Below are positions 48,286 through 57,007 of a DNA stretch of 64,000 nucleotides, in pieces. The position numbers were made by a program, and so were the translations under genes. The DNA lies in the NCBI GenBank assembly GCA_021846515.1, contig JAJZWU010000009.1, positions 1,587 through 65,586 of the forward strand, written 5' to 3'. This DNA comes from Actinomycetes bacterium (lineage in GTDB: Bacteria > Actinomycetota > Acidimicrobiia > Acidimicrobiales > JAMCPL01). The number at the start of each line of letters is the position of its first letter. Position 1 is the first letter of the stretch. The notes under the pieces are model-generated. The model worked only from the letters and a program-made list of their open reading frames with translations, did no database searches and had not been told where the DNA came from.

Positions 48286-48846
48286 CTATGCACTTGTTGA
48301 GGAGGACGTTTCTGTCCCGGTTGATACCAATGCCGATACTTTGAACGCAGCAACCGCCTCTTCAATGAGATCACGATGGCGTTCAGTGTCCATCTCCCGG
48401 CCTACCACTCTCGCGGCCAACGACATCGCCAACTCCCCCATCTTGGCAGAGAGATCTTCCACTGCCAGAGACCTGTCCCTGGCTATCTCAGACTTTGCCG
48501 CCTCAACAAGGCGATCAAACTCCGCCTGCCCTCTTTGTTCGCCCTCGGCACGCAATTGATCAGCAACCCTATTTGCCTGAGCAATCAATTCTCTCGCCTT
48601 ATCTCTGGCCTCACTGATAATCTGGTCCCGCTGGCTACGTATCTCTTCAGCTTCCTTCTTTGCCTTACTCGCATCATCCAACGAAGTCCTGATGAGATCC
48701 TGGCGCTCTTTTATCTTTCCATCCACCCATGGTATCACCCATATAGCCAGCACAAGCAGGGTCAGTATAAAGGCGCCAACCTCTACTATTATCGTACCAT
48801 TTGGCACCAGGAAGTTACTTGCCACCATCGGTAATGACAACAACAT
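48286..48846 (-). CDS. atpF: F-type ATP synthase subunit b
   Basis: A single N-terminal TM helix followed by a long charged helix (KERQDLIRTSLDDASKAKKEAEE...). Confidence 0.9.
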   Translation of the reverse strand: MLLSLPMVASNFLVPNGTIIVEVGAFILTLLVLAIWVIPWVDGKIKERQDLIRTSLDDASKAKKEAEEIRSQRDQIISEARDKARELIAQANRVADQLRAEGEQRGQAEFDRLVEAAKSEIARDRSLAVEDLSAKMGELAMSLAARVVGREMDTERHRDLIEEAVAAFKVSALVSTGTETSSSTSA

Positions 48847-48854
48847 GGAACTAT

Positions 48855-49124
48855 TTACTTCTTATACAATGAGAATACGAACAACGCTGTAAAGGCAAGG
48901 TTGATGAAGTACATGGCCTCCACCAAACCAACCGTCAAGAACATAATGGTGAACAGCCTTCCCTGTGCTTCAGGTTGCCTTGCAACTCCCGCTATGGTCT
49001 GGCTTCCGGCCAACCCATCACCTATGGATGCTCCAACCGCACCCCCACCCAAAGCCATACCTCCACCAATCATTGCTCCAGCCAATTTTATAGCGTCAGC
49101 CGTAGCGCTGGTACTTGCTGCCAT
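48855..49124 (-). CDS. atpE: F-type ATP synthase subunit c
   Basis: Hairpin of two TM helices with the loop GVARQPE and a carboxylate in helix 2 ([10 protein letters not shown]). Confidence 0.92.
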   Translation of the reverse strand: MAASTSATADAIKLAGAMIGGGMALGGGAVGASIGDGLAGSQTIAGVARQPEAQGRLFTIMFLTVGLVEAMYFINLAFTALFVFSLYKK

Positions 49125-49233
49125 TTATCACACTCCTTTACTGGTCAATCCAATGTGCAGTAGATGGTATTTTTAGCACATAACAGGTATGCAATGCAAC
49201 CTGGCGACCAAAAATATTAAAAATATTCTTACC

Positions 49234-49248
49234 GGCTACCTAGTAGCC
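49234..49248 (-). terminator. Weak hairpin after ilvC (possible partial terminator before atpE)
   Basis: Minus strand reads GGCTAC-tag-GTAGCC, followed ~9 nt later by TATTTTTAATATTTTT. Confidence 0.3.
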
Positions 49249-49257
49249 ACCAAGCCA

Positions 49258-50283
49258 TCAACCACCCGATACATCTCTGACGCTCTTACGGCCAGAAGAT
49301 ATAAAAGGCATCATCTTCCTGAGCTCTGCACCTACCTTCTCTATAGGAGCCTCGGCAGCCTTACGCCTCATCTCATTAAAGTTTGGGCGTCCGGCCTTAT
49401 TCTCAGCAACCCATTCTTCTGCAAACCTCCCGGAACGAATATCCTCAAGCAGGCTACGCATAGTCTCACGCACATGCTCATCAATTACCCTTGGCCCCCT
49501 GGTCATATCTCCGTATTCTGCCGTGTCCGACACCGAGTAGCGCATACCGCTAATCCCCTCCTCGTATATCAGGTCCACTATCAGCTTCAACTCATGGAGA
49601 CATTCGAAGTAGGCAGACTCAGGCTGATACCCCGCCTCCACCAAGGTGTCAAACCCAGCCTGTATAAGCGAAGTCACCCCACCACACAAAACAGCCTGCT
49701 CTCCAAATAGGTCGGTCTCGGTTTCCTCTGCAAAAGTGGTGTCCAGCACACCTGCCCTGGTGGCTCCTATACCATAGGCATAAGAGATAGCAAGCTCCCT
49801 TGCCTTGCCGGAATGGTCCTGCGCAACCGCTACCAATGAGGGCACTCCACCTCCCTCGGTAAAGGTTCTCCTGACAAGATGGCCGGGACTCTTCGGTGCA
49901 ACCATGGCTACGTCTACAAATGCAGGCGGCTTAATCTGCCCAAAGTGGATATTAAATCCATGCGCAAAGAAGAGAGCATCTCCTTCATGCAATGCCGGTT
50001 CGATGTCGCGTATATAGGCTTCAGGTTGCTCTGTATCGGGCAGAAGAATCATGATCAGGTCAGCCTCTTCGGAAGCATCGCGCAGTCCCAACACCCTCAA
50101 TCCGGCCTCTTCGGCCTTTTTCCTGGAAGAAGAACCTTCACGCAATCCAACCCTGACATCCACCCCCGATTCAGCCAAGTTCAGAGCATGTGCATGCCCC
50201 TGAGACCCATAGCCGAGAATTGCCACTTTTCTCCCTTTTATGAGAGATGTATCGGCATCCTTGTCGTAGTACAAAATAGCCAT
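49258..50283 (-). CDS. ilvC: Ketol-acid reductoisomerase
   Basis: [11 protein letters not shown]...[17 protein letters not shown] and a class I KARI length. Confidence 0.96.
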   Translation of the reverse strand: MAILYYDKDADTSLIKGRKVAILGYGSQGHAHALNLAESGVDVRVGLREGSSSRKKAEEAGLRVLGLRDASEEADLIMILLPDTEQPEAYIRDIEPALHEGDALFFAHGFNIHFGQIKPPAFVDVAMVAPKSPGHLVRRTFTEGGGVPSLVAVAQDHSGKARELAISYAYGIGATRAGVLDTTFAEETETDLFGEQAVLCGGVTSLIQAGFDTLVEAGYQPESAYFECLHELKLIVDLIYEEGISGMRYSVSDTAEYGDMTRGPRVIDEHVRETMRSLLEDIRSGRFAEEWVAENKAGRPNFNEMRRKAAEAPIEKVGAELRKMMPFISSGRKSVRDVSGG

Positions 50284-50337
50284 TTAATTACTCCTTTCAC
50301 TTCTTGTCGTCATTGTCTATTTACAGTTCCGCTACAA

Positions 50338-50835
50338 CTATAGCCTAGGTAGAGCCACCCTGCCCGTCCTCTGTATGTCCACTATCCCGTAGGGTCTGAT
50401 CAACTCCTCGAAGTTATCGAGCTTGCTGGGATGACCGGCAAGCATAATAGTCAGACTGGCAACTCCCACATCTACTATCTTTCCCTCAAATACCCCAACC
50501 AACTGGATAATCTGTCCTCTCGTGTCGTTATCCGATTTAACTGTAGCCAAGAGGAGCTCAGCTTCTATGGCATCCGAGGGAGCCAGCTCGCTTATAGATA
50601 CGACATTGATCAATTTATCCAGCTGCATAATAATCTGTTCCAGCGGAGCGGAATCCAAATCGACAACTGCAGTCAGCCTGCTAAATCTCTTATCATCCGT
50701 GGGCGCTACCGCAAGAGAATAGATATTGAATCCCCGTCGTGAAAAAAGACCTGCCACTCTCGCAAGTACGCCGGATTTGTTCTCCACAAGAACAGAGATA
50801 ATGTGAAGATGCTCCATGCCGGTTACTGTTTTCAT
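50338..50835 (-). CDS. ilvN: Acetolactate synthase small (regulatory) subunit
   Basis: ACT domain HIISVLVENKSGVLARVAGLFSRRGFNI. It overlaps the ilvB stop by 4 nt. Confidence 0.93.
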   Translation of the reverse strand: MKTVTGMEHLHIISVLVENKSGVLARVAGLFSRRGFNIYSLAVAPTDDKRFSRLTAVVDLDSAPLEQIIMQLDKLINVVSISELAPSDAIEAELLLATVKSDNDTRGQIIQLVGVFEGKIVDVGVASLTIMLAGHPSKLDNFEELIRPYGIVDIQRTGRVALPRL

Positions 50836-52640
50836 CGTCTCTCAACCTTTCCTTCGTTAATTTCCTGGACATCCGTAGTAGAATCTTCGTACTGCCCGGG
50901 AAACAGAATAATATCGTCATTAGATGCACCTGCCGGCACCATAGGATATACTTTTTCAAAAGCGTCAGTACGAAAGTCTATGACAACAGGACGGTCATCG
51001 ATGGAATTTGCCTTCTCTATGACCGGAGCAACGTCATTGGGTGAATCCACGCGCATTCCGACACAGCCCATAGCCTCCGCCCATTTAACGTAATCGGGCA
51101 AATCAGGTGAGAGATACACCTCTGAGTAACGCTCGTCATAAAAGAGCTCCTGCCACTGACGCACCATTCCGAGATAGGCGTTGTTCAAGATGGCGATCTT
51201 GACCGGGATACCCTCAGCCGCAGCGGTAACCAGTTCCTGGGCGGTCATCTGGAAACATCCATCACCGTCAATTGCCCAAACCATCCGTTCAGGATGACCC
51301 ACCTTTGCGCCAATTGCCGCAGGTACTGCAAATCCCATAGTGCCCAGACCACCGGATGTAATAAACGTCCTGGGCATCTTGAACTGCCAAAACATTGAAG
51401 CCCACATTTGATGCTGGCCGACACCGGTCACCAGAATCGTATCATCTGGAGTCAACTCCCGAAGCATTTCAATGACCATCTGTGGCTTTAGGAGTTCACC
51501 CTCTTTGGACTGCTGATACACCAACGGATATCTTTCCTGCCATTCATGAATATCGTCCAACCATGCAGAGATATCTCGGCGAGTGTCCGTACCGGTGGTA
51601 TTCCCGCTTTCTGTATCTCCTAGGATGCCGCGTTTTTCCAGTGAATTGATAATCTCTCTTGCAACCAGCTTGCAGTCGCCACAGATAGACACATCCGGCC
51701 TACGGATCTTGCCAAGCTCGGCAGGATCAATATCCACGTGAATTACCTTTGCCTCCGGTGCAAATGCGTCCACTCTCCCGGTAACCCTGTCATCAAACCT
51801 GGCCCCAAGTGTAATGAGAAGATCTGATTTTTGCATAGCAGTTACTGCCGTATAGTTACCGTGCATACCGGGCATCCCAAGGCTAAGTGAATGTGCGCTT
51901 GGAAATACACTTCTGGCCATCAGGGTAGTGACTACGGGAATCCCGGTCATCTCCGCCAACTCCAAGAGTTCGTCAGATGCGTTGGACTTGACAACTCCTC
52001 CTCCTACATAAAAAACCGGACGTTCGGAGGCGCAAATCAAATCGACAGCCTGTTCAATTATATCTTGGTCTACTGCACCGGCCGGATGATATCCAGGGAG
52101 ATCCAGCTCATCAGCAGATGACGGCCAATGCCATTCCATCATTGCATTGGACACATCCTTTGGCAGGTCGATCAAGACGGGACCCGGCCGGCCGGTAGTT
52201 GCAATGTAAAATGCTGCCGCCACAATCTCCGGTATCTCGTTTGGGTCAGTAACAAGCCAGTTGTGCTTGGTTACTCCCATGGTAATACCGGTTGTATCAC
52301 TTTCCTGGAAAGCATCTGTGCCGATAAACGGGCGGGCGACCTGTCCGGTAATTACCACCAGGGGGATAGAATCCATATAGGCATCCGCCAGGGCCGTAAC
52401 TATATTCGTTGCGGCAGGACCGCTGGTGACAATCGCAACGCCGGGACGTCCCGTGGCATGTGCATATCCCTCTGCCGCATGACCCGCACCCTGCTCATGG
52501 CGGACAAGTATATGGCGAATTGACGTATCCAGCATTGGATCATATACCGGCAGTATCGCCCCACCCGGCATACCGAATACTACTTCTACCCCTTCCATCT
52601 CCAAACTCTTAACAAGGGCCTGTGCTCCAGTAATTTCCAC
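50832..52640 (-). CDS. ilvB: Acetolactate synthase large subunit
   Basis: ITGAQALVKSLEMEGVEVVFGMPGGAILPVYD, the GDGCFQM TPP motif, and a GTG start behind a GAAAGGAG Shine-Dalgarno. Confidence 0.95.
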   Translation of the reverse strand: MEITGAQALVKSLEMEGVEVVFGMPGGAILPVYDPMLDTSIRHILVRHEQGAGHAAEGYAHATGRPGVAIVTSGPAATNIVTALADAYMDSIPLVVITGQVARPFIGTDAFQESDTTGITMGVTKHNWLVTDPNEIPEIVAAAFYIATTGRPGPVLIDLPKDVSNAMMEWHWPSSADELDLPGYHPAGAVDQDIIEQAVDLICASERPVFYVGGGVVKSNASDELLELAEMTGIPVVTTLMARSVFPSAHSLSLGMPGMHGNYTAVTAMQKSDLLITLGARFDDRVTGRVDAFAPEAKVIHVDIDPAELGKIRRPDVSICGDCKLVAREIINSLEKRGILGDTESGNTTGTDTRRDISAWLDDIHEWQERYPLVYQQSKEGELLKPQMVIEMLRELTPDDTILVTGVGQHQMWASMFWQFKMPRTFITSGGLGTMGFAVPAAIGAKVGHPERMVWAIDGDGCFQMTAQELVTAAAEGIPVKIAILNNAYLGMVRQWQELFYDERYSEVYLSPDLPDYVKWAEAMGCVGMRVDSPNDVAPVIEKANSIDDRPVVIDFRTDAFEKVYPMVPAGASNDDIILFPGQYEDSTTDVQEINEGKVERR

Positions 52641-52704
52641 TCTACTCTCTCCTTTCTTCTATCGGCGTAAAATTGATTTGCGTAGAACCTTCCAAATTGC
52701 ACTA

Positions 52705-52726
52705 AAAAACCTCCCTTTCGGGAGGT
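52705..52726 (-). terminator. Attenuator terminator in the ilvB leader
   Basis: Minus strand reads CCTCCC-GAAA-GGGAGG followed by TTTTTT. It lies 64 nt upstream of the ilvB start. Confidence 0.75.
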
Positions 52727-52757
52727 TCAGCGTACGTGTCTAGGCGGCAACGTACGC

Positions 52758-52805
52758 TATGTTGTCAGTACTACTACAAGAATACGTGCCGAGCTATTTT
52801 TCATG
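52758..52805 (-). CDS. ilvB leader peptide MKNSSARILVVVLTT (15 aa)
   Basis: Hand translation of the minus strand: ATG AAA AAT AGC TCG GCA CGT ATT CTT GTA GTA GTA CTG ACA ACA TAG. It contains a run of six consecutive branched-chain codons (I L V V V L). It is followed by a 9-bp stem (AGCGTACGT/ACGTACGCT) and then the terminator. Confidence 0.7.
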
Positions 52806-52920
52806 TTACTTTTTATATTACCACATAATTAGCTGCAGTGTGCAAGCAGGAAAGCAATTTTTACTCGTTTCTTGTCCGGCACAATTTTCAGCCGGCACAA
52901 TCTTTACTCGGCATGAATAG

Positions 52921-52929
52921 TGCTATAGT
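52921..52929 (+). promoter_or_regulatory. Extended -10 element TGcTATAGT, 8 nt upstream of the stand-alone receiver gene ATG
   Basis: TG at 52921-52922, TATAGT at 52924-52929, ATG at 52938. Confidence 0.4.
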
Positions 52930-52937
52930 ATTGGAAA

Positions 52938-53387
52938 ATGCACAATATCATAGTAGTAAGTGACGTCCCCACCATAAGGCAGGCAATTAGACAGGCAATT
53001 GAATCTACAGACATTTCTGTGAGGGAGGCCAGCTCGGGTCAGCGAATGCTGGATATGATTGCAAACGAACCTCCAGATTTGGCCATTCTTGATATGCAGG
53101 TTGGCAGCATGGGAGGAATCGCAATTGCTCTCGAAATGAGATTAGAGGAATCCTACGGACACCTGCCTCATATTCCGATATTGATGCTGCTTGACCGGAG
53201 AGCAGATGTATTCCTGGCTAAACGCATTCACGTTGAAGGCTGGATATTAAAGCCTCTTGACCCCATACGGATAAAAAAGGCTGCAGAAACAGTACTTGAT
53301 GGAAGGACTTTTTATGACCGCCGGCTCACCCCTGTTCCGGTGTCGACTCCGGCATTCCATGCTCTTAACGCTACGGGGAGTCGTTAA
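52938..53387 (+). CDS. Stand-alone response-regulator receiver domain protein
   Basis: CheY-like fold: IIVVSD...LAILDMQVGSMGG...ILMLLDR...GWILKP. There is no output domain. Confidence 0.8.
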   Translation: MHNIIVVSDVPTIRQAIRQAIESTDISVREASSGQRMLDMIANEPPDLAILDMQVGSMGGIAIALEMRLEESYGHLPHIPILMLLDRRADVFLAKRIHVEGWILKPLDPIRIKKAAETVLDGRTFYDRRLTPVPVSTPAFHALNATGSR

Positions 53388-53425
53388 TCCTGATCCACAG
53401 GCACAAAAATACTGCAAACCGTACC

Positions 53426-54235
53426 TTGCATGGATCCGATCAAGCCACTCAGCAGGAACAGTATATTCTGTCTACCCTAAACGACCTCAGGGAGATGGAG
53501 ATACGGGAGGTCATGACACCCAGGATGAACGTCATAGCTCTGGCTATTCCGGTAAACTCATCAGGTGTAGCCAGGGCTGTTAAAGAGACCGGGCACAGCA
53601 GGTTCCCTGTTTATGATGGAGACCTTGACGACCTAATAGGAGTACTCTTCGTAAACGATCTTTTCAGGGCTGGGTGGGAAATAGACAACAACCCCAACGA
53701 CACCTCGTCCAGACACAAGCTCTCCCCTCTGGACATTTCAAGACGGATTCGCCAACCCTACATGGTTCCCGAGTCGCGCCACGTACTGGACACGCTGGCC
53801 GACATGAGACACGATAGGCGTGCGTTTGCAATCGCAGTTGATGAGTACGGCGGAGTAGCTGGAATAGTCACTCTGAACGACCTGTTGTCTGCCCTGGTGG
53901 GTGACTTGAAAGACGAATTGGACCAGGTGGGAGAGCCGGAAATAGTGCGGGTAGACCACGAACGCTGGCTGGTAAACGGCGGATTGAATATAGACGATCT
54001 CCGTGAGCGCCTTTCTATCGAAATTCCTGATGGAGAATATGTTACTCTTGCGGGATTCTTACTGGACATCCTCGGTCATATTCCAGAAGAAGGGGAACAG
54101 GTCACCTATAATGATTGGACGTTTAAGGTCCAGGAGATGGATAAACGGAGGATTGCCATCGTAGTTATAACCCGGCCACCTCTTTCGGAAAAAAGCAGCG
54201 AGGCGCCCACAGGAAACCTCAATTTTGAGCAATAA
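53426..54235 (+). CDS. CBS-pair + CorC_HlyC domain protein (CorC/YbeX-like, no DUF21 membrane domain)
   Basis: EIREVMTPRMNVIAL, two CBS motifs, and a C-terminal transporter-associated domain (GFLLDILGHIPEEGEQV...WTFKVQEMDKRRI). Confidence 0.85.
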   Translation: MHGSDQATQQEQYILSTLNDLREMEIREVMTPRMNVIALAIPVNSSGVARAVKETGHSRFPVYDGDLDDLIGVLFVNDLFRAGWEIDNNPNDTSSRHKLSPLDISRRIRQPYMVPESRHVLDTLADMRHDRRAFAIAVDEYGGVAGIVTLNDLLSALVGDLKDELDQVGEPEIVRVDHERWLVNGGLNIDDLRERLSIEIPDGEYVTLAGFLLDILGHIPEEGEQVTYNDWTFKVQEMDKRRIAIVVITRPPLSEKSSEAPTGNLNFEQ

Positions 54236-54437
54236 TGGTAATGTGACAGTAAAAGCTGACTGCAGGCACTATCTGATGCAAACCGCATCCAACGGCGACC
54301 GGTTGGAAAAATGTCGCTTGGGCGCTAACGAACAGATCCCTTTTGCCTGCCCGGAAGGATGTGTGCTCTACGAAAAAAGCAAGCTATCCCAGGTGGGATG
54401 GCATATGCCCGATAAAACTCCCAAAAAGCACGATTGA
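54225..54437 (+). CDS. Small hypothetical four-Cys protein (70 aa from TTG; 64 aa from GTG 54243)
   Basis: The ORF overlaps the upstream stop by 11 nt. The spacing CRHY...CRLG...PFACPEGC suggests a small metal-binding module. I have no family assignment. Confidence 0.4.
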   Translation: MSNNGNVTVKADCRHYLMQTASNGDRLEKCRLGANEQIPFACPEGCVLYEKSKLSQVGWHMPDKTPKKHD

Positions 54438-54495
54438 ACCGATTAACAGCCGTGTCCTTGAAAACTTTTAGAATCTGTATTGCCCGTATTGCAAT

Positions 54496-55023
54496 ATGAG
54501 CATGAATATACGTATTTTAGAAGCCACTTACTCGGACATATTATCACTGGATTCAATCAACTCTCTTCTCGCCAGCCTATCGCCGGATGCCCCTGCCATC
54601 ACAGATGATGTACTGAGGGAGTTGATAGAGGGGCCGGTCACCAGGCTTCTACTGGCAACTATAGATTCTCCTACCGCCAAAGGAACAGCAAATGAGGATA
54701 CTCCGACGGTTACTTCATCAGGAGAAGTCTTAGAAAATGAAGATAGTATGCCACAAATCGTAGGGATGCTGACATTGGCAATATTTCGCATCCCCTCAGG
54801 GATAAGAGCATGGATAGAGGATGTAGTGGTGGATACGGAGATGCGGGGCAATGGAATTGGCGCCGCACTTGTAAGACAAGCAATAGAAATTGCCCAGCGC
54901 AGTGGAGCAAGAACAATCGACCTTACCTCGCGACCAGGCCGAGAAGCAGCCAACAGGCTATATCAGAGGCTCGGCTTCAAGCAACGTTCAACCAACGTAT
55001 ACAGATACACTATTGACAATTAA
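54496..55023 (+). CDS. GNAT-family N-acetyltransferase
   Basis: Acetyl-CoA-binding motif RGNGIGAALVRQAIEIAQRSGA...ANRLYQRLGF. Confidence 0.88.
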   Translation: MSMNIRILEATYSDILSLDSINSLLASLSPDAPAITDDVLRELIEGPVTRLLLATIDSPTAKGTANEDTPTVTSSGEVLENEDSMPQIVGMLTLAIFRIPSGIRAWIEDVVVDTEMRGNGIGAALVRQAIEIAQRSGARTIDLTSRPGREAANRLYQRLGFKQRSTNVYRYTIDN

Positions 55024-55028
55024 GTAAC

Positions 55029-56312
55029 CTATCTGGGTTGCCGGTCGATACACTGCACTAGATACTCCGCTTGAAGAATAACTTCGCGCAACGGCATACC
55101 GGTCTCCGCAGCCACTTTGGCTGCATCCGATTGCTCTATCTTGACTCGGTGGCCTGCCACTTTGGTCCTCACCGGAAAACCCTTGACACTAACGATCATT
55201 TCATCCCTGGCCGATGGCCACCTCTGAACCATGATTCCCCTAACTCCAAGTGTGCCGGTCTCTCTGCGTAATATGTCGCGCAAATAAGCAGCACTACTTG
55301 GATCACATAGAACGCTGGCTACAAACCCCGGGCGACCCTTCTTTGCCACAACAGGCGTCACCCAGGCATCATATGCACCTGCATCCATCAACGACGAGAT
55401 AGCCCAAGCCATAGCTTCTCCGCTTACGTCATCCACATTGGTTTCAATCAACATTGCATCCATGCCACTACCTGCTGTATTTTCTTGATCGCCAGCCGAC
55501 TCACCAACGATTACCTGCAACAAATTTGGCAACTCTTCTATTTCCCTATCGCCAGCCCCATACCCGGATGCAACAATATTCATTGGGGGAATCGGGCCAT
55601 AGGAGTCTACAAGGGTACGTAATATCGCTGCACCGGTAGGCGTAGTCAACTCATAAGGCAATGAGCGCCCATAAACCGGTACTTTTTCCAGTATCCTTAG
55701 CACTGCCGGAGCGGGATTGGGCAAGTGACCATGCGCACCACTAAGTGCACCCCCCAGCCCAAGGGCTACGCCGGAAGAATAGACTTTTGCGGTTCCAAGT
55801 ATCTCCACGGCGACCATTGTACCCACAATGTCTATAATCGCATCGTGACCGCCAACTTCATGAAAGTGTGTACTTCCAATATCACCGGAGTGAACAGTAG
55901 ATTCAGCTTCTGCCAGAATACGAAAACAGGCCAACGACCTCTTTACCACCTTGGGAGACAAGCTTGATGTGGCAATCATATTCACTATATCCGTGTAGCT
56001 GCGCACCGTAACGGGATCGTCAACCGTTACATTAACAGAAGTCGAAGCAATCCCTCCACGCATAACCTTATTGGCCGATAGTTTCCATCCCTTAAATGGC
56101 AATTTCTTAAGCTCTGTCTCTACCTGCCCAATATCTACGCCTGAATCTACCAATCCCCCCAAAAGCATATCTCCCGATACCCCCGAAAAGCAATGCAACC
56201 AAAGTGCCGTTTCGGAAGTGGACGGTGCTTTTCCGGAGTCGGATAGTGCCGTTTCGGAGCCAGACAGTGCCTGGATGGGGTCGGTCTCTGATCGATCGGT
56301 GGACAAGTTCAT
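55029..56312 (-). CDS. larC: LarC-family nickel insertion protein (DUF111)
   Basis: LWLHCFSGVSGDMLLGGLVDSG at the N-domain, and the length and architecture of LarC. It has a ~35-aa N-terminal extension. Confidence 0.85.
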   Translation of the reverse strand: MNLSTDRSETDPIQALSGSETALSDSGKAPSTSETALWLHCFSGVSGDMLLGGLVDSGVDIGQVETELKKLPFKGWKLSANKVMRGGIASTSVNVTVDDPVTVRSYTDIVNMIATSSLSPKVVKRSLACFRILAEAESTVHSGDIGSTHFHEVGGHDAIIDIVGTMVAVEILGTAKVYSSGVALGLGGALSGAHGHLPNPAPAVLRILEKVPVYGRSLPYELTTPTGAAILRTLVDSYGPIPPMNIVASGYGAGDREIEELPNLLQVIVGESAGDQENTAGSGMDAMLIETNVDDVSGEAMAWAISSLMDAGAYDAWVTPVVAKKGRPGFVASVLCDPSSAAYLRDILRRETGTLGVRGIMVQRWPSARDEMIVSVKGFPVRTKVAGHRVKIEQSDAAKVAAETGMPLREVILQAEYLVQCIDRQPR

Positions 56313-56436
56313 AGTATGATTCTATTGCAGCTATTATAGTTATGCCATCGCTGTAGAATAACATTAGAATATCTTGAGCATGGTTGCTGCGGTGACTGGC
56401 TTCAATATCGCTATAAATTGGCTTAAAGGCGCCTCG

Positions 56437-56520
56437 GGAGGGGTGGCAGAGTGGACGAATGCGAGGCTCTTGAAAAGCCTTGACCCAAAAGGTCCGTGGG
56501 TTCGAATCCCACCCCCTCCG
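56437..56520 (+). tRNA. tRNA-Ser (anticodon UGA)
   Basis: Hand-folded. Acceptor GGAGGGG/CCCCTCC. Anticodon stem AGGCT/AGCCT with loop CTTGAAA. Long variable arm GACC-CAAAA-GGTC. T-arm GTGGG-TTCGAAT-CCCAC. Discriminator G. CCA is not encoded. Confidence 0.92.
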
Positions 56521-56843
56521 CTTATTCACCCATGCAGATTCTATGTCCCCTCAAAACGTCGTCTCTGGCGGCTTGGGCGATGCTATGACTGACAAAACCT
56601 GGATTTATCCTTATTATGCCGTCCCATACCGTCTGAGCTGGGTTCTCCACAGCATGGTGACGATACAAAATACCTGGTAATAGGCACTTGACAGAGGGGT
56701 TACAATAATGTATGGAAGCATTCCAATTTACTCTGGATTAACGTGCATAATTCAAGTACCTGAAGAGGTGCCTCTATGCATTTAGCTGGGTTCGTTTGAT
56801 CGCATGAGATGGCGGCCGTAAGAATTAAAATAATAATTGGCAA

Positions 56844-56942
56844 GTGGCAGGGCAGTCGAATGATGACCGCTACGTCCGTGGTGGCGGTGGTCAAACCCAA
56901 AGTGGGAGGCCGGTGGCAGGGCAGCCGGATGATGACCGCTAC
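56844..56942 (+). repeat. Two 30-nt direct repeats (28/30 identical) separated by 39 nt, upstream of the sigma factor gene
   Basis: 56844-56873 is GTGGCAGGGCAGTCGAATGATGACCGCTAC. 56913-56942 is GTGGCAGGGCAGCCGGATGATGACCGCTAC. Confidence 0.9.
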
Positions 56943-57007
56943 TATAGAGTGTCGATAGTGACAGTAGAGACGGCTGGTAGAGAGAGAAAGGTAGTAAAGG
57001 ATAGAAG

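Noticed and set aside
56107-56529. 140-aa minus-strand ORF spanning the larC start and the tRNA-Ser gene.
   Set aside because: It overlaps a well-folded tRNA and the larC N-terminus. Its sequence includes the reverse translation of the tRNA (WDSNPRT), a classic artefact.
56844-56942. Could the two 30-nt direct repeats with a 39-nt spacer be a minimal CRISPR array?
   Set aside because: There are only two copies. The repeats are not palindromic in the CRISPR style. There are no cas genes in 64 kb. The repeats share motifs with other C-depleted islands. A regulatory or leader repeat is more plausible.
56437-57007. tRNA-Ser followed by ~490 nt of non-coding DNA, which might be an integration site for a genomic island or prophage remnant.
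   Set aside because: I saw no integrase, no direct repeat of the tRNA 3' end, and no compositional break. The next gene is a housekeeping-like sigma factor.
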